DNA of 64,000 nucleotides from the human T2T-CHM13v2.0 reference genome, Homo sapiens: NCBI RefSeq assembly GCF_009914755.1, contig NC_060926.1, one strand, 5' to 3'. Below the pieces are notes generated by a model. The model was given only the letters and a program-made list of their open reading frames with translations, was not told the DNA's origin and did not search any database. Below are positions 60,454 through 64,000 of the stretch, in pieces; positions within the stretch are counted from its first letter, which is position 1, and every line of letters starts with the position of its first letter. A program made the position numbers and the translations under genes.

Positions 60454-61251
60454 TGATGCAGGATGGCACATCCCCGCCTGGGCCTGGCTCAGCCTGGTGC
60501 CCCAGCCTGCCTATGTTATAGCTCATTCAGTCCCCTGCCTACTCAGGCCCATAGGCTCCACGGCTGGCCCAGCCTGGCTGCTGCTTTCCATTGTGTGGGT
60601 TGGCTGCAGGCACGAGCAGGAGGCAGAGGATCACAGTGTTACAGCCTTTTTTGTACCCACATTTGGCAGATCGCAAGTTCTTGTCCTGCATTCAAGAAGA
60701 ATGAGGTTATGCTGAAAACCAAAGAGTGAGAAGGGCAGAGAAGAGTTTTATTGAACAATGGAACAGCTATCAGCAGAGATGGGAATCAAACAGCGTGGTC
60801 TGCCACCCTAAGGCAGGTAGCCCCCTTAGCCTGAAGGTGGGTACGAAAAAAACTGTAATACTGTATCCCCCACCCTTCACTGGTGTAGGGCAGCCGCCCC
60901 ACATGAGGGAAGGAGTGACAGGGCCAGGCCAGCCCAGGAGCAGCAGCAGGGAGTGGAGCAATGGGACTAAAAGAGCTGTTAGCATGCTATAACACCCGCT
61001 CTGGGGATTGGGGTTGCTGGCATCCCTGTTTGGGTGTCACCATGTTCCCCTCATGCAGACACCATTGCCCAAGGTGGAAGCAGGTCGTGGCATGGCCGGC
61101 CCAGCAGCGGGCTGAGTGTGGATCCCACCGCAAGCACTGGATCTAGGTGGGAGTGCAAGCAAGTACAGCTGGTTGGGCTGGGTGCCTCCTGCAGTGTTGC
61201 TGGCATTAGAGGTTTCTGGCTGGTTAAGCAGCCAAGAAAAAACCTGCATCA
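60454..61251. mobile_element. Composite of two oppositely oriented MER52/LTR27/LTR28-like LTR 3' ends
   Basis: Begins TGATGCAGG and ends CCTGCATCA; internal inverted homology; flanks CTAG/CTAA. Confidence 0.65.
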
Positions 61252-62267
61252 CTAAAACATTTTATTTAATAACAGCATTTTGGGACAAATACTATATTCA
61301 ATATATATATCAATTGTAAGATGCATTCCTATTTCTGAAATGTAAACATATGTAAACATATGGAAACAAGTACATCTTGGAATTGAGGAAATTCTATATG
61401 TCAACAGAAAGTGAGAGGCAGGTGGTGGATGTGTGTCAGTACTTTTTAATCTCCATTTTACAGAGGGGAAAGAACTGACCAGAGAGGGTTCCTAGCTAGG
61501 CACAGGTATCCGGGTTTCATTATGTAGGTGAATATTTATTTTTTAAAGAAGCAGTATGTGAAAAGGTAAAATCAGAATATCTGAATATCTTAGTATTTTT
61601 ATATTTCTATACATCACTCCCACTTGAAGGCCTTCTTGCCTTATATAATAATGTGATGATATTAGCTGTAGTTGCAAAGGTGTATTTAAGAATTTCCCTC
61701 CCCAAAAATAAAAGAGGAACAGGACTGAACTCCTTGCCAATCTGCTTAGCGGGATTATCCCTTACATTACAAAAAGTCTTTGTTTCCCTCTGGTCAGGTA
61801 GAATTTAAAACATTGATTCAAACATAGTTGTTGTTTGCTTGCTTGCTTCTTAGTGAGTAAAAAACTTAAAAAGACAATGGGTTGGATCTTGTTCTGACAC
61901 TAATGCCTGTAATTATAGGAGGATTTAGGAGGCTCTTTGGGATTGGTAATGTGAACTCTGATTCTTAGTTTGTCTAGGCTTAGGTCAACCTGTTAACCTT
62001 ACAGTTCTACATACTCAACTCTGAGTTGTCTGGCAAGCATAATGGAGGGAGGATACCAGCCGTGAATAATTACAGAATAACCTGTATCGTGTGATATGTT
62101 TGAACTGTCATACGTATGAGTCCAGGTGGGTCTCATGTTATATGAAGTCCTAGCTTCTTTCAGCTCCTTGTGTCTTACCCATATTGGAGATAAATTACCG
62201 CAGACCTATCAGGCTTTGCCAGCTGTGGCCTGGCTCAAGCCCCAGAGGCAGCTGCATGGGAGGCTTA

Positions 62268-62671
<404 letters not shown>

Positions 62672-62685
62672 TTACCAAAAAAAAA

Positions 62686-62803
62686 AGAAGAAAAAGAAGA
62701 AGAAGAAAAAGAAGAAGAAGAAGAAGAAGAAGAAGAAGAAGAAGAAGAAGAAGAAGAAGAAGAAGAAGAAGGAGAAGAAGGAGAAGAAGGAGAAGAAGGA
62801 GAA
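62686..62803 (+). repeat. GAA trinucleotide repeat: pure (GAA)20 at 62711-62770, then (GGAGAAGAA)3
   Basis: Direct count from the sequence. Confidence 0.97.
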
Positions 62804-63203
62804 AATATGAAAAGAAATGTCTAGGCTTTAAGGTGAAGATGGGAGAATGGACAGCAAACCTAGTACATATTTGTTAAAGTGGAGGTCCCTATGGCCACTA
62901 CAGAAGACTGGGATTTTAGCCTGCTTCTGTGCTTTGGAGAGAACTAGCACATCTTTCTAGTCATTTGCATCCCTCTACCAGAGTTAGTAAATCAGGCTAG
63001 GACCAGGAAGGCACTGTCGCTAAAGGACCCTTGGTAAAAGTTTCTACTGGAGTCTACACTTTTCCTGCTCCAAACCTTCTGGCCAAAATGTGTCTTATCT
63101 CAAAATGTCAAGCTTTGTGCAATATCGTTATTAGTTTATATATATTTTCCTGCAGAAATCATGACATTTCTATACAATTATTTTAGTCTTTCTTATAATT
63201 TCT

Positions 63204-63885
63204 GTTTTTTCGTGAAAGAAATTTTATATTTATATAGTTATATTTGATGTAGTTGAAGATTCAGTGGTTAGTTCTCATCCACATTGACTGTCTGTAGATT
63301 TTTTTTTTTTCGAGACAAAGCCTTTTTCTGTCACCTAGGCTGGAGTGCAGTGAGATCTTGACTAATTTTTTGTATTTTTAGTAGAGACAGGGTTTCACCA
63401 TATTGGCCAAGCTGGTCTTGAACTCCTGACCTCAAGTGATCTGCCCATCTTGGCCTCCCAAAGTGCTGGGGTTACAGGCATGAGCCACCGTGCCTGGCTG
63501 ACTATCTGTAGATTTTTGAAAGTGGTAACAGGTACATAGGTAATCAAAGTACAGAGCTTATTTGGTGAATCTTCATCCTCATTACATCCTCTGGACAGCT
63601 GCACGCGGATACGGTACGGGACATTCCTTATTCCTTTGGCAAAGACAACTTTATTGAGCCTGGTATCAATGCACACATCTGGAGTTCCCATCTCCTTCAT
63701 TGCAAAATTTCCGGATCTCTTTGAGTGCCTGAGGGACATGCTTCTTGAAGCCCACTCTGTGGATGTGCTTGTGAATGTTGGTGTATTCTTGGGTCATCAC
63801 CTCGTTGATGGCAGAATGGTCCATTTTCTTCTTGCCACTGTTCTTTGCAGGAGCCATTCTGCTAGGCCCAAGTTGGTAAAGCTTG
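63204..63885 (-). pseudogene. RPL31 processed pseudogene, interrupted by an internally deleted Alu (63301-63499)
   Basis: ATG at 63857: MAPAK...SAINEV...NIHK.IH.VGFKK, then a frameshift, then [10 protein letters not shown]...[11 protein letters not shown]...[10 protein letters not shown]...[10 protein letters not shown]|TVNVDEN*. Intronless, with 5'UTR remnant and degenerate TSD AGAAAT(G/T)ATAA at 63886-63896 and 63193-63203. Confidence 0.93.
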
Positions 63886-63949
63886 TTATCATTTCTTTAA
63901 GCTTTTTTTCTCCTCTTTTCTTTTTTTCAATCTGAACCATTCCAATGAC

Positions 63950-64000
63950 CTTTTCTTCTTTCTCCTTCCTTCCTCCCTCCCTCCCTCCCTCCCTCCCTCC
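63950..64000. repeat. (CCCT)n/pyrimidine microsatellite running off the window end
   Basis: Direct observation. Confidence 0.9.

Noticed and set aside
63395-63857. Functional RPL31 gene
   Set aside because: Frameshift, many substitutions, Alu insertion and no introns.

Overview
Human (primate) genomic DNA, the EIF2AK2/SULT6B1 locus on 2p22. On the minus strand are exons 1-10 of EIF2AK2 (PKR), coding both dsRNA-binding motifs and the linker; the kinase exons lie left of the window. Its CpG-island promoter carries KCS and ISRE elements, (CGG)9 and a 19-bp GC repeat. Further right, also on the minus strand, is the complete 7-exon, 303-aa SULT6B1 sulfotransferase CDS. Other content: a decayed HERV-H/F-like pol-env fragment antisense in PKR intron 10, an ARL14EP processed pseudogene, an RPL31 processed pseudogene, about 50 Alus (including an AluYa5), and L1, L2, CR1, Tigger, MADE1 and LTR remnants. 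I found no prokaryote-style novel system. The most striking observation is that the 5'-UTR exon 2 of PKR is cut from the antisense strand of the ARL14EP retrocopy. The mRNA of this dsRNA sensor therefore carries 167 (up to 401) nt complementary to another cellular mRNA, plus a small uORF. Other candidates: a nested inverted-Alu hairpin next to the frame-critical exon 7, an ERV and a young L1 each ending 25-30 bp from PKR splice donors, a back-to-back LTR fusion, and a miR-548-like MADE1 hairpin. Repeat family names are by-eye recognition, and their boundaries are approximate unless target-site duplications (TSDs) are given.
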